A stretch of DNA of 64,000 bases from the human T2T-CHM13v2.0 reference genome, Homo sapiens, in the NCBI RefSeq assembly GCF_009914755.1, contig NC_060929.1; one strand, 5' to 3'. The position numbers and the translations under genes are program-made. This document shows, in pieces, positions 1-14,209 of this stretch (its first letter is position 1; the number at the start of each line of letters is the position of its first letter). The notes under the pieces were generated by a model. That model was given only the letters and a program-made list of their open reading frames with translations, searched no databases and was not told where the DNA came from.

Positions 1-3
1 CAG

Positions 4-55
4 GAGACCATGTTGCTATTGATCACCAGACCCCAAGGGAAAATTGATTCCGATG
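4..55 (+). other. Candidate exon (5' context cut by window edge)
   Basis: CAG at 1-3 and consensus donor ATG|GTAAGT at 55/56; one open frame (ETMLLLITRPQGKIDSD) not recognised; no polypyrimidine tract visible. Confidence 0.3.
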
Positions 56-94
56 GTAAGTATGGTCAAAATTGACTGATCTGAGAGTCTGCGG

Positions 95-300
95 GTCTGG
101 ATTCTAGTCTTAGTTCCTCCATTTCTTTGTTATGGAACCTTGGCCAAGTTATTTAATTTCTCTAGACCTTAGTTCTCTTACTGCTAAATAATCTTTCCAA
201 CTCTATCTTTGTGGTGGGGTCAGAAAAGATAGTAATTAGGCCCATATATCAGAGTTGTGTGAGGTTCAAAATGAGATGCAATATGTATGTCTTGGGCAAA
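95..300 (+). mobile_element. MIR SINE fragment
   Basis: ccttggccaagttatttaatttctct...gttgtgtgaggttcaaaatgaga resembles the MIR core. Confidence 0.65.
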
Positions 301-1674
301 CTTAACATCACTTCACACATGTACAATCATTCTTCTCTGGGTTTTTCCAGAGTTAATGTCCAATGCTATGGAAAATTGAGGAAGCCTGTTTTTGTGAATT
401 TCTAGTATCCTCCTGAATCCAATGGAAAAAATCAGTCCACTTGTAAATCTGTACATTTCACATAATGGAGGGTTATTTTTGTGCCAAAATAAAAGTTTTC
501 TTATTTGAGAACTTGATGGAAATAAAATGAAGACTGCAAGAACATTAAACGTTTAACCTATGATTTTCTTGCTTTGGGAAAGATTTAAAAAAACAATGCA
601 TTGTGTTCTGTTGTCCTTTGTCGATGCATAATTAAAGATTTTTTTTTTACCATCCAAGATAATTTCAAGTCCAGTAGGAATAAATATTACCAGTCTGTTA
701 CAAATGTGCTAAATTCATGTTTTAATAAACTGAATTTACTCTGCCTGGTTCTTGCAAAATTAGAAATTATAAACATATGCTTTCCAAGAAAAGTAGTCAT
801 TTGCCTTGCTTTCATCTGGACTAAAATGTGATCGTTTCCCCAGCAAAGAGGAAAAAAAGCTGGGCTATATTTAGGACTGCTTGATGATCCTGGGGCCAGC
901 TGGCAGCAAAGAACGTAAAAAAGATTTGGATGCCGGGTGTGGAGGTAGCCTCAAGACCGGACTCTTAGGGAAGGCCTCCAGGGCTCCCCACCTTTGGAGA
1001 TCCGCAAACCACATGTATTTTTCATCCTTGACTTTGCCTTTAGGATTTCTGAATGTCTTTGGAAGTAACTTTTCTTTTTCTTTTATTAAGCAGTTAATTC
1101 CACTAAACACATTTTAACTTTTGATTTCAAATCAAGAGTTTCTCTCCTTATATATTTTGTTTATTCAGAACTATTAAGTTTTAATATCTGTGAGTCCAGT
1201 AGTGATTGTCTTCCAGAACCTTATGTGAAAATAGTGATCCTGGGAAGCCCAGCAGATAGTTAAATCTTATCGGCGAAGTCATGTTTTGAATGTGTTAAAA
1301 GACTTCTTTCAAAACATGGTGAATCCTTTATAAAGGAAATTGTCACTTCCAAGTAATAATTATTCTTCATTTTCATAATTATATATCTAGATTAAAGCTA
1401 GTAACATATCTGAAAAAGGTTGCCAATGGATAGAAAAATGTTGCTCAACAAATAAGAATTCTGTTTATGATGTAGAGTCACATCACTGTCATTAATGGAA
1501 AGTGACTACAGTCTTTGTTTTAATAAAAAGCACCACGTAAGTCCCTGGGACTGGCTTCCAGCAAAGAGGGGCATATCTGATGGAAGAGGGCAAAGGCAGT
1601 TTCCTAGAACAGAAAACCGTCTACCTGGACCATCTGCATTCCAAGAATTTTTCCACCCAGTCAATGAGCCCTAG

Positions 1675-1850
1675 GGAGTGAGCAAGTTTGTATGTTCATA
1701 TTTGTATATATGGGCCTGTGTGAATGCATGGGTGAGCATGCCCAGATGTGTGCATGTGTGTGTGTTGATTTGTGTGCAAATGTATATAATTTGTGGGCTT
1801 GCCTGTGTGGTTCTGTGCATGTGTATAAGAGTGTGTGTGTGTGTGTACCC
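1675..1850. repeat. Degenerate (TG)n microsatellite
   Basis: TG-rich tract ending in gtgtgtgtgtgtgtgt. Confidence 0.85.
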
Positions 1851-1931
1851 ACGTGTAGATGCCTACATCTGTCTGAAGGTGGTGAGTGGACAGAGGGAAG
1901 GAAGGAAGCTCTCTTTTTTCCTTTCTTTCAG

Positions 1932-2068
1932 TACAGATCAGCTTCTACAGCTGCAAAGTTAATGAGTCTGGCATGGTGCTTTTTCTAAAGTATAACTCAG
2001 TTCCCAGACTCACAGAATTAGAGGGAAAGCAAAGGAAGAAAAAAGAAGATTAGTAGGTTTAGTAAAAG
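1932..2068 (+). other. Candidate 137-nt exon (probably non-coding)
   Basis: Pyrimidine tract ctcttttttcctttctttcAG before 1932 and donor AAG|GTAAGT at 2068/2069. Confidence 0.35.
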
Positions 2069-2392
2069 GTAAGTTGCTATTACTATATTCCATAAACATA
2101 AAATTGTCCCATTAAAATGATTCTGAATTAGTGTGATAGAGTCCTAAGAACAAAGGTTTATGAAGAACCTCCTCAGAGATGACGAGAAAACCTCAAAGAA
2201 CAGCTAGCATTGATTAGAAAGCCATGGCCTGGAGGGTTGAGGGCAACATTGGCCTTGGAAACACAGTTTATGCTGAGTAATAAGATAGTGAACAGTTCCA
2301 TATAAGCCAGCTGGCTGGTGCTGGGCTTCACAACATAGCATTTGAAGAGGTTGTATATCTCATACTTTAGACACTGAGTTTTATTTTAGCAT

Positions 2393-2548
2393 CCCAGGAT
2401 TTGAATTCCTAGCTCCATTATTTACTTGCAGAGAGACTTTGAGCAAGTTACCAAATTTTCTCTGAACCTCAGCTTCTTCATCTATAGAATGGAGATAGTG
2501 ATACCTTCCTCTCAGGCGTGTTGTGATAAATTAAATGAGATAAATGAA
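2393..2548 (+). mobile_element. MIR fragment
   Basis: actttgagcaagttacc...ctcagcttcttcatctatagaatggagatagt core. Confidence 0.75.
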
Positions 2549-2969
2549 GCCTCATGAAATGTCTTCCCTCTTCCCTTATGAATTCTATCCTTTGGTGAGT
2601 AGTTTTATGAGAAATAGCTGTCAAGAAAGAGGTTCCCTTATATTACCTAGTTATCACTCCCTGCAGGAACCATAAGGAAATTCAGAAGCAACAGTGTCGT
2701 TTGAGTTATGGCCGTCTTTAATCTAATCAGGATCAATAAAGAATCATTTAGCCCCTGGTGCTGTCTGTGTTGTGTCCCCAGGGGTCTCATCCCCAGTAAA
2801 CACACATTTAGTCAGTGGTATGTAGATAAGGGGATGTCAAGCAAGAAAGGGCACTGTGGTTCCAGGGTCAGGAGACACCATTGGCCCTTCCACTCCTGAT
2901 TATTAATCTCTCTAGATTTCTGTGAGCAGAACCGTGCCTTTTACAGAAGACACCAGCTTTCATGTCATG

Positions 2970-3190
2970 TAGGGGAGAAGAGCATGGCTTTTTGCCTTAG
3001 CCTGCCTTGATTCAAATCTTGGCTCTGAAGATTACCAGCTAAATGATCTTACCAAATTATTTAGTCTCTCTGGCTTCAGTTTCCTCATCTGTAAAATTAT
3101 AATAATAATGCTTAAATTATAAGATTGGATTAAATACATTTATATGTGTAAACTGGCTGGCTCACAGTAATTAACAAACATTTGCTTTGA
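2970..3190 (+). mobile_element. MIR fragment
   Basis: cagtttcctcatctgtaaaat core motif. Confidence 0.8.
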
Positions 3191-3620
3191 CTATTAGATG
3201 ATGATGGTTATTGTAAAAAAAAAAAAAAAAAAATCCCTGCTGCTGGTCTGTGGGCATATCTTTGGTCTGCTGAATGCATTTGAGGAGATATGAAACTATG
3301 GAGCCTGAAACATTTTTGGGTAATGTATCCCACAGTCCTAGAGCCAAAAGTGCTTACAGCTACCCAAGCCAACAACCTTAAAAATAATGCCTAGACCAAA
3401 CTGAAAAGGAAAAAATTACAGGAGATTGTTTCTTTATGGCAGCCTGGCAATATTGGTTTATATTCTCCTATATACTCAGTGGGGGAATATAAGGAATGTT
3501 TTTCTATTACTTTTTTACTTCCCACCAGTCTTAGTCTCCAAACTCACAATCAATCAACACATCCATCAAGAATCTTACTGGCAATGAAATGAAGAACATA
3601 TTTTCCTTTTATAATCAAGC

Positions 3621-3830
3621 TGTATGGTCTAGTGGTTAAAACTACATGCTTTGGAGTTAACTACATCTGAGTTTGATTTGAGACAAATTACATGAACTCT
3701 CTGAAAGTCCATTTCCTCATATTTAAAATGGGGTAATGATGATGCCTGCTTTGCAATACTGTTGTGAGAATTACCTGATAAAATGTACATAAAGCTCTCA
3801 GAAGAGGGTCTGGAATTTTCTAATCATTCA
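3621..3830 (+). mobile_element. MIR fragment
   Basis: tagtggttaaa head and tttcctcatatttaaaatggggtaat core. Confidence 0.75.
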
Positions 3831-4052
3831 GTAACTCTTCATTTCTACAATGTTTTGAAAATAGTGCCAAGCGGGGCTTGGGCTTGGGAGCTGGAAGTCC
3901 ACAAATATGAAAGGCATCAAGTGAAGTTGTGAAGAACCTGGCCAGCCTCCCGACAGGAAAACTTACCACCCTCATCTCAGAAAACAAAGCCCACGCAGAG
4001 GTTGTCCTTCCCAGCATGTCTTCCTCTAGGGCAGGATCTGTAAAACGAGGAG

Positions 4053-4231
4053 CAGGACTGGCTACATAATTTGCAGGGCCCAGTGCAAAATGAAAATGCG
4101 GGACTTGTTGTTCAGAAAGTACTAAGGATTTCAAGAAGGCAGCAACAAAGCATTAAACCGAGTGTGGAGCCCTGCTGAGCCCAGGATCCTATGCAACTTC
4201 TCAGTTTGCATGCCCCTGGAGCCGGCTCCTA
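4053..4231 (-). mobile_element. MER45A-like hAT-Tip100 DNA transposon relic
   Basis: Termini caggactggctacataatttgcagggcccagtgcaaaatgaaaatg ... gagccggctcct match the reverse complement of MER45A as remembered. Confidence 0.8.
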
Positions 4232-5736
4232 GGAGTGAGAGAGAGTTGGGGGGAAGGAGGATGGGAGAGAAAATCAGTTCCACCTTAGGAAAAAAGTCGA
4301 GTTGGTTTTAGAGCACAAGAGCCACGTTCAAGTACACCCACACTGGAGCCCACCTGGGGACACACATTTCATAAACCTGCTTCTTGAGAGGTGTGTCCCT
4401 CACTGTGTGGAGGACAGGCAAGCCAGGGGCTGCTCATTTGTTTAGCTTTGCAGTTGCCAAAAGCAAGACCAGCATTTTAGGGCCACAGTGCAAGATAAAA
4501 TTTATAGGCTCTTTCCAGCAGCCTGTGCTTTACTCAGGGTTAATCCGGCTTATTAGAGGAGTAGCAAGGACGTGTGAAAGACGCCTTGGAAGGGCTCCAT
4601 GTCACAGCCTTGACTCCTCATAAAACGGGCTGTCCCCACCAGTCCCTGGCACAACTTCTACAATACATCAGCCCAAGGAGGCAGAGGCAGGCTCCCTGCC
4701 AGTCTCCCAGCACTCACTTCATTTGCTGTGGTTGAAGGACCAGTGCTGACTCCCCTTAAGACTTTCAGGTTTTCCAGCAAATTCCTGGCCTGGCTTTGTG
4801 GGAAAATGTACTGGGAGCATGGGGAGAGAAGGCCTCTGGGGTTGAGGAGCTGCAGGGTAGGCGCTGCAGGGAAGAGATGTTGAGAGAATGAGACTGGGCA
4901 GAGCAAGTTCTTAATCAACACACTGCTAAGTTTCCTTGCCAAGAATACTCACTCCTAAGCTGCCAAAAGACCTGATGGAGGAGTTGCTATCTGAACTCCA
5001 AGCAAGTATTCACTTATGTGGTTAGTTAGAGCAATTAAAAACAATATGCAGGTTATGGTTGAGAATAATGCATCCCATGGTCCAAAGTCCTTTCAAATAC
5101 CAATGATTGATGATGCATCAGTTCATTTGTGTAATATGAGGAATGGTATTTCAGTTCTTCAAAAGAGCGAACAGAGTTCCCTCCCGCATGTTATCTCAAG
5201 AGCTGCACCAGTAAAGAAATATCCCTGTGCCTTTTTATGTCATCTTGACACTTGGAATGAATTGACAAGGCCCAGCACAATTCATCTCTTCTTCAAACCT
5301 TTGTTGCAATATCCATGGGATTCAACTGTGCAGCTGAGTCAGTGAATGGTGTATGCTAATCCAGGTTTACTGAGATCTGAAATCCAGGTGTGTGCTTCTG
5401 AGCTTATATGCGTTGGAAATTTTTCTGCAGAGTTCGTTGCAGTCTGTGTAAGGCAGAATTGGAAAAACTTGGCTATAAATGACACCTGCTATGATAGATA
5501 ACGTAGGCTTCTTTGTGGAAAGGGCAGCCCATTTTTAAACAAGCACTGGATAGAGGTTTGCTGGAACCGTGCTTACCTCTTCTTTTGGCCATTGTAATTT
5601 TGTTTCTGAAGAATATTTAGGACGTTTTTAAGAATATTTTACCCTTGCCAAGAAGAAGCAGGTTTCTGAGTCTTTTGGCTTTGCAAATTATGGTTTCTCT
5701 GTTAATTTTTCAGAAATCAGTATCTCGAAAAAAAAA

Positions 5737-6027
5737 TTTTTTTTTTGAGGTGGCGTCTTGCTCTGCTACCCAGGTTAGAGTGCAGTGGCATGATCTCAGC
5801 TCACTGCAAGCTCCGCTTCCCAGGTTCATGCCATTCTCCTGCCTCAGCCTCCTGAGTAGCTGGGACTACAGGCGCCCACCACCACACCCGGCTAATTTTT
5901 TGTATTTTTAGTAGAGACGGGGTTTCACCGTGTTAGCCAGGATGGTCTTGATCTCCTGACCACGTGATCCGCCCGCCTCGGTCTCCCAAAGTGCTGGGAT
6001 TACAGGCGTGAGCCACCGCGCCTGGCC
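5737..6027 (-). mobile_element. AluY-like SINE
   Basis: Full dimer; gcaagctccgc and ccgtgttagccaggatggtc diagnostics; degenerate TSD tc(g/a)aaaaaaa. Confidence 0.95.
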
Positions 6028-6689
6028 TCAAAAAAATATTTAAAGAAGGTTTTGCTTCAAAGATTCTTTCTCCCTTAACACAGTAATTTATGGCTGACAT
6101 AGATTATAGAAGACCCTTAAAACTCCTCTGAATAAAGATACTAGAGACCATAACAAATAGAATGAACCTATGCAAGATGTGCTTTTTAATCATTCTGTGA
6201 ATCAAAGCTATTTAATGAACTCTCTACCAAGATTATTCAGAAAAACTTCCTTGCATTGGATGGAACATCCCAAAATTAAATATAATTTATAGTTACATTA
6301 CAAACAATTGTTTGTTCAAGTGAGAGGCTAATATAAGTCAGAATAATGAACTGCATAACCTGTTAGACTATAAAAGGTGATAAAGTATGTTTTTACATCA
6401 ACTGTTTATCATAAGAAGCGCAATGAATTGCAAAGATTATTAAATCCAGGCTGCTGCCCAGAGTGATAGTAAGGTTGAGGAAACCTGGGAAAGAAGTTGA
6501 GTCCACACGGAAATGCTAGGCCAGGCTCTACCTGTTTTATAGCTTTGACAGCCAGCTCTCCTCTCCTCAGGGTCGTTTTGGCCCTGGAACTTGTCCTTTC
6601 CAGGGTGAGCAGAGGAGAGTTAGGCTGAAGAATATTTTATTGATGGATTTACAATAAATGTACTCAATCTGGTAATGATGAACATTTTG

Positions 6690-7310
6690 ATGTTTGTTAA
6701 TCATTCTAACATTTTGAACATCCTGGTCTTTTGTTACTATAAACAATGCAAAAAGGAACAACCCCATATGTATGCCCTGTATACTTTTTGGATTTATATG
6801 TCCTTAGAAGAGCCAAATTCTTGTTGTGTCAATGTGTATGTGCATTTCCTACTGCCAATTTGCCTTCCAAAGAGGTTGTACCAGTTTATACACCTGCCAG
6901 AATTTTATGAGAGTATCTATTACTTCACACACATGCCAACACAGCATGCTATTCAACTTTTGGATCTTCATTCATCTGTTAGGTGAAAATGGCATCTCAG
7001 GATAGTATTCATTTGCATTTATTTTCTTATGAGTAAGCCAAATATCTTTTTATAGGTGAGAAGGCCATTTTGTAATTTGTTTTTCTGCAAACTCCGTTCA
7101 TGTTCTTCATTTCACTTTTTGGTTGCTGGTCTTATTAATTTTCAAAAGCTCTTTATATATTAATAAAGTTATCCCTTTGTCTATCATGTATGTTTCAACT
7201 ACTTTCCTTAATTTTTCACTTGGTACCTTTGTTAAGGTATTAGTGCTTTACTTTGCAATGCAGACATTTTATGCAGTAACATTTTCAATCATGTTAAATG
7301 TGCTAATTTT
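6690..7310 (-). mobile_element. Old L1M (ORF2 3' region) fragment
   Basis: ttccaaagaggttgtaccagtttatac, ggtgaaaatggcatctc and tttgcattt antisense L1 motifs, highly diverged. Confidence 0.75.
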
Positions 7311-7453
7311 TTAGAATGCAGTAAGGACACTGTGGAATAATAGTGAGAAATGCCACCCATTCAGTATGTGGGGTGCTTTTCCTCAACACGGTGACTTCCA
7401 GAAACATCTGGACAGGTGTCACCATGTCTGCCATTTCACACACCATCCATGGC

Positions 7454-7852
7454 TGTCATAGGTTGCCTCTCCCAAAAAACAGACTCTGAGGCAGCACTGT
7501 ATGTGTAGGAAGTTTATTGTGAATTGCTTCTGGGAACAGCATTAGTCTGAGGAAAGCAGGGAAGGGGGCCCTCAACTGATCCTATAGGGATCCCTGGAGC
7601 TGGGATGGCCCTTCAGAGGTGTCTCAACTAAAGCCAAGGTGGAAGGGGCTTGTACTCCACATAAATCTGTTCTTAAAGGAGGGATGCCCCAGGGAGGGAA
7701 GGCACCCTTGGGTGTGGCAGCTCCTTTCAGCTGAGGACAATTCCCCAAGAGGGACTAGGCTGTGAGATGCCAGCTGCAATGCTTCCAGCAACTTTAAACA
7801 ACCCTTGGTCCTGAAGGGGAGGGCCTGGGTGGCATGCCCAGTACTCACTCTA
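7454..7852 (-). mobile_element. LTR16A-like ERVL solo LTR
   Basis: cagactctgag...ggaagtttatt...ggagctgggatggcccttcagag...ggtcctgaagggga. Confidence 0.75.
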
Positions 7853-8499
7853 CCGCCTTTTCCGGCTGCCCCCTCTCAATTTAGACTGAGTTCTAGAATC
7901 TTTAGGCTTCAGAGCTTTGCCAACTTATGCTCTCTTCAGGTTTACACTGTTTAAATACCTTTTTAGTGCATAGAGAAAGGGCCAGTCACATAGCCGTTGG
8001 CCTGACTGAGAGTTTTTTCCTCTCTTCTCTCCCGGGGTCTTTATGGTTCTTTGACACCTTGCACAGAAATGTGAAAATGCTGTAAAAAGCTCCCATGCTT
8101 GCAAATAAAGTGAACCAGACACAGTAATTAAAGAGATGAAGATGGCTGCAAATTTAGGGCTTTTAGGAGATTTTGGCTGATGTGTTTCAGCAGTGATGGA
8201 AGGAGAAACAGGATTGCACTTAATTAGCCCCAAGTCCCAGGCGGCCTTAGCTTTTCCATGCCTGTTACCCACTGAGCGCCATCACACCGCTGAGCTGGAA
8301 GCTCCTTTCTGGATGGTTTGATAGGCATTGCAAATCCTCTCAGAGGGCCCCTTTCAGAACCCACAATAGTGCGCCTAGCAAAACATCACCACATGTGCAT
8401 AGTACCACTTCCTTTTTAGGGCTGCTGGCTCTTACTGGAATCAGGTTTTCCTGGTGCTTGCTTTGGCTCCTGGCCACCAGCTGCTCCTGTGCCTGGAAC

Positions 8500-8892
8500 A
8501 GGGCAGACAATGAAGAGTGGAGACTATAGCTGATGCTGCTGGTGCCCTGCCCACATCCCCTAGGCAGGCCCTGCTCTGTAGGCTCCCACGGCTTTGCTCG
8601 GTTCTCAGAGTTAATGACCCTGGAGGCAGCCTCATTCAGTAACTTGGATAAATACCCCAGCTTCCTTGCCTCTAGAGTGGGGCCAGTCTGAGGCTTGCTG
8701 TATGGAGTTCCCCAGGCGCTCAGGCAGGATTGCATCCCGCTTGCTCACAGAAAAACCTGCTTATTAGCACACTGTATTTTGGCCTCCTTCCTTTCCCCTA
8801 CTTCTCTCCCCTACTCCCCTACTGCTATTTCCTGGGATCACTTCCCAACTCAACTACCGGCTCTCAAATCCTTATCTGCCAGAGCCAGACAA
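8500..8892 (+). mobile_element. LTR16C-like ERVL LTR
   Basis: taaataccccagct...tttcctgggatcacttccca...aaatccttatct. Confidence 0.65.
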
Positions 8893-10119
8893 GTGTCAAG
8901 GTGTAAACCTTGCCAGGCAAAGGGTTCCATCTGGGAAATCATGTTGAAAAGTATATGTCCTGCCTTCTCCCCCATCTTGTCCATCCAAAGCAAAAACATC
9001 CAACCAATCCAAAACAAGCAGACAAGAACAACAGCAATAAAAAATCAGCAACATCTGTTACTTTGTCCACAGAGGACATGTCCTAATTGTCTGAACTGGT
9101 CTCTGCAAATGTGTTAGTTCTTACATTGCTGGCTTCAAAACTGCTTTCCAGGCAGAATTCCAGCCACCCTTTCTACTGATTCTTAACTTGCGGTTTCCAT
9201 AATCTTCCTGATTCTTGACATCACTCCCAGCGCATCGTCAGCTTATACCCACCAGGACAGAAGGGAAAGGGGGTATTTGGTGATGAGTCCAGTATTACTT
9301 CCAGCCACTCAGAGCCTGGTTTTGATGAAATGCATCTATGAATGTGCACTTATTTTCTCTATGTCCATATCAATACTCTGAGCTGATAGAGATTAAAAGG
9401 GGAAAACAGAGCTCGAGAGTTTTACAACTCCTGCTGGAGTTGCAATGTGTGTTCCTATCTGTCTGTTTGATTGGAAATTCAAATCATCTCACATTTTAGG
9501 CAATTAGTAGCCTCATAAGATAACAAATCTGACAGTTTATGGCTCAATCTGTGTCTTGCTGTCTTTAAAGGAAAGGTAGTAAAAACTGAAATTATGGAAA
9601 ACAGATAAATGCCTAAGTCCTGGGACAGTGCATTTTATAACGATCACATCTGCTGCAAAGTGCCTGAAAAATGGCTCTGGAAGGCTGTCGGTGCCGCAGA
9701 GCAGCTCACACAGGGAAGCAGAGCTGGACAGGAGAGGACATGAGATGTGAGCATTTCCCACCGCATATTCACCTTGTGTTGATGAGTGTGACTGTTCCTT
9801 TCTCCCATTTGTTTTTTGTTGCAGCTGTTCGGCGTCTTTCAAAGCACATGAGATTCCTGTCTATCTCCACCCAGCTTAGGAAGGAAAAAGGAAATGGACA
9901 GGCTCAACAGTCAGTGGGGCTGGTGTGTGTGCCAGGGGAAGAGGGAGGTGGAGAGAAGATGTGCAAATCGCAGCAGCTGCTCTGATTTTTGTGGTTATCA
10001 TTTGCTTTGATATTGGATCCTTGTGGCAACTTTGTCTGCCTGGTAGGTCAGGGGGGCAAATTAGAAATTCAAGCCTAATTGTATGATTTGAAAAGGTAAT
10101 GATAATCATGAGAAAGAAT

Positions 10120-10275
10120 TAATAATAATCGTTAAATTAAGTATGAACCAGGGACTGTGCTTAGTCCACTATGCAGAATATTTTACTTAATTCTAACAAC
10201 CCTCAGGGGGAGGTATTAATATAGTAGTATTCCCATTTTCAAGATGAGGAAATCAAGGTTCAGACAGAGCACAGG
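10120..10275 (-). mobile_element. MIR fragment
   Basis: cccattttcaagatgaggaaatcaaggttcag. Confidence 0.7.
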
Positions 10276-10638
10276 ACACGGTCAAATGAAATCGAGGTGA
10301 TCGGACTTCATGTGCAGTGGGCTGATTTGAGTTAGAGCTGTGTTCAATCTAGAGCAACTTTTTCCCAGCCAAGAGAGGGAATGGAGTGATGAGCCTCGCC
10401 TCTCTCCTTCCTAGGTGTGCTTTTTTCCACCACCCAGACTCCTGGTCTCTTCTTTTTCACTCCTACCTGCCTAGGTGGCTGTCAAGTCCCTTCTGCTCAT
10501 TAAACTATGAATAGCTCACAATGCTTGACAGGAGGCTTCTTTCAGGGGTTTTGCATTTTCACCTGGAACCCCACTCTCAAACCAATGAGCTCCAAGGACC
10601 ACTTCATGGTGTTAAGGGATGGCTGGACAGCTGAGCCT

Positions 10639-11097
10639 TGTATTAATTTGGGTTCCTCCACAAGCCAACTCTGTATCAGGAATGTATTGGGAGGTGAGGG
10701 AGACCCTGGCAAGGGATTGAGGGAGTGGAACAGGAAAGGGAAGGCAGCCATCGAAACTTGCTGTAACCTTTGTGGGCTAATGGAGTTTAATCCCCACTGA
10801 GAAACCCTGGTAGACATCTGTTCTTATGAGGAAGCATACACCTCAGAATTATCCTGTTCAAGGGGCCAGGAAACTTGCATATTTATATGCATTCCCCTGG
10901 TTGTGGTTGAGGGCTTCTGTGTTGGGGAGTGTTAATTCCCTGCAGCTTCTGGCCTGGCATACAGGCGGCAACATAAGCTTCCATGGCTGGAGAAAGCCTC
11001 AGGCAGAGAGAAGCAGGTGGTGGCACTGGGAAATCAGGTCAGAAGTTACTAGCACAGAAAGGGCCAGGGGATATGGGCAGGCATTGGGCTGCTGCTT
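10639..11097 (-). mobile_element. LTR16-family ERVL LTR
   Basis: tgtattaatttgggttcc start; gggaaggcagcca, cacctcagaattatcc and gttaattccct motifs. Confidence 0.6.
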
Positions 11098-11346
11098 GAC
11101 CTGCTGCAAGCTTCCTTGGAGTTCTTAAAACCACAGGCCTTGAAGTTAGGAGTTTCAATCTGAATGGGCATCTCCCTTAGCTTCTAGGGGACACCAACAT
11201 GTTTTTGCCTTCTAGGCAAAAAGATAGTTAAAAGAACAAAGGGTGATTATTGGACACAACTGGACATGGTGTTCAGTGTGTGTGTGATAGTGATGGTTAT
11301 GTAACTGTCTTCTAAACTTGAAGGAAATAAAAATGGTACCAGTTGG

Positions 11347-11650
<304 letters not shown>

Positions 11651-12699
11651 AAAATGGTACCAGTTTTGGGTAATTCGAGTATTTTCTACAGCTTCCTTTT
11701 TCTTCTTAAGAAGCTTTGATTTAAAGGCCAGAAGATCCTATTATTGCCTCTAAGTCTTTTATAATACAGTTGAAATTGTCTAGACTGCTCTGCATGACAG
11801 TAACCAATTCTAGGTACTCTACTTTTTAAAGCATGCATTTATTTAAGTGACAGTAGTACGGGGTCTCTGTGTTTGATTCTATATGACTACTTTAAATGAT
11901 AGTTACAGCTTTTTTTATCTAGTCATTTTAATGATTCTTTTGTGAAATAAATGGGTAGCAAGCATTCTCTACACAGAAAACTTTGCAGCCTCTATCTGAA
12001 TCAAAATGATTTTTTAAAGAAGCAAAATAACTAATTCATTCACTAAACAGCTGTTTTTGGAAAGAGTGGTTATTTGGCTGAATTTAAATGCTACCCTCTT
12101 CTGCAAATTACTTGTGTGCGTAGGTGTGTGTATATTTGTATAGTCCAGATAGATATTAGCTATTGTTATCCATTAACAAAAAATAGTCCATTAAGAAAAT
12201 TTCTAAATAGTGTATCTGTACTGGATATCTGTGAGGATTTGGGGGAGGTTGATCTCTCCAACATTCATTCCTGTTTTATTTTGTTGGAATATCCCCAATA
12301 TGTGTAGATATTTGTAGCTTGGTCTTTCATCTCCACCTTCTAAGAGGCAGACCAAAGGCATTACCTAGGCTGGGGCAATTGAAAGTTCCAGGTAAGATTT
12401 CACAGCTTGAGCCAGCAATACAAAGAGAAAGCTTTGGTGCACATCCCCTATAGGAGCCTCAAGTGAGAGGTGATGGTGGATATACAGTGGTGACGATCAC
12501 AGAAGTAGTGTTTAGCCATAATGGTGTTCTGGTGATTTTGTTTCCTGTTTCTTGTCCCTCTGGAGTTGCCTCTATATATTCACTGAAATAACAATTGAGG
12601 AATTGCTCTGAATCAGTTACTATTTAATATTTCAGATGCGTGGGATACAGAAGTAAACAAAACTGATCTAGTTCCTGGAATCATTCCTAAAAATAATAA

Positions 12700-13490
<791 letters not shown>

Positions 13491-13511
13491 AGGGTCTAGT
13501 GGGTGGGTAGA

Positions 13512-13514
<3 letters not shown>

Positions 13515-13566
<52 letters not shown>
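13515..13566. repeat. (TA)n microsatellite
   Basis: About 26 perfect AT units. Confidence 0.97.
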
Positions 13567-13568
<2 letters not shown>

Positions 13569-13828
13569 TACATATATATAAATCTAAGCTGATGAAAACT
13601 GCTATAAACATTTAAGACGAGAAAGGAAAAAGAGCAATCAGGAAAGCTTTTTCTTGAAAACATACTTGAGCCTGTGGATGCCTCCAGAACAGCTATTTCA
13701 GAGAGGGGAGGCAGTAAATACAAATATTTTGAGGCAGGAGCATGCTTGGTATATTCAGGGGAAGATGAGCAGGCCAGATGTGAACTAAGAGAAAGCCAGA
13801 GAGTGGGGAGGGAAATGCAGTGAGACAG

Positions 13829-14209
13829 TGATACGGTTTGGCTCAGTGTCCCCACTATAGTCTCATCTTGAATCATAATCTCCATGTGTCAAGGGAGGGA
13901 CCTGTGATCTCCACGTGTTGAAGGAGGGAGGTGATTGGATCATGGGGCCATTTCCTCTGTGCTGTTCTCATGACAGTGAGTGAGTTCTCAGGAGATCTGA
14001 TGGTTTCATAAAGGCCTCTTTCCTCTTCACTTTCTCTTCTCTCTCCTGCTGGCTTGTGAAGAAGGTGCCTGTTTCTTCTTCCGCCATGATCGTAAGTTTC
14101 CTGAGGCCTCCCCAGACATGTGGAACTGTGAGTCAATTAAACTTCTTTCCTTTATAAATTACCCAGTATTGGGCAGTTCTTTAAAGCAGTGTGAAAGTGG
14201 ACAAATACA
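13829..14209 (+). mobile_element. THE1D-like MaLR solo LTR
   Basis: tgatacggtttggctc...tttataaattacccag...aaataca termini. Confidence 0.9.

Noticed and set aside
1661-1988. Cys/Val- or His/Thr-rich ORFs
   Set aside because: Translation of a degenerate (TG)n microsatellite.
3621-3670. tRNA-like A-box (tagtggttaa)
   Set aside because: It is the tRNA-derived head of a MIR; no cloverleaf can be formed.
8340-9117. 131-aa and 140-aa ORFs
   Set aside because: They overlap an LTR16-type relic and show no recognisable domain.
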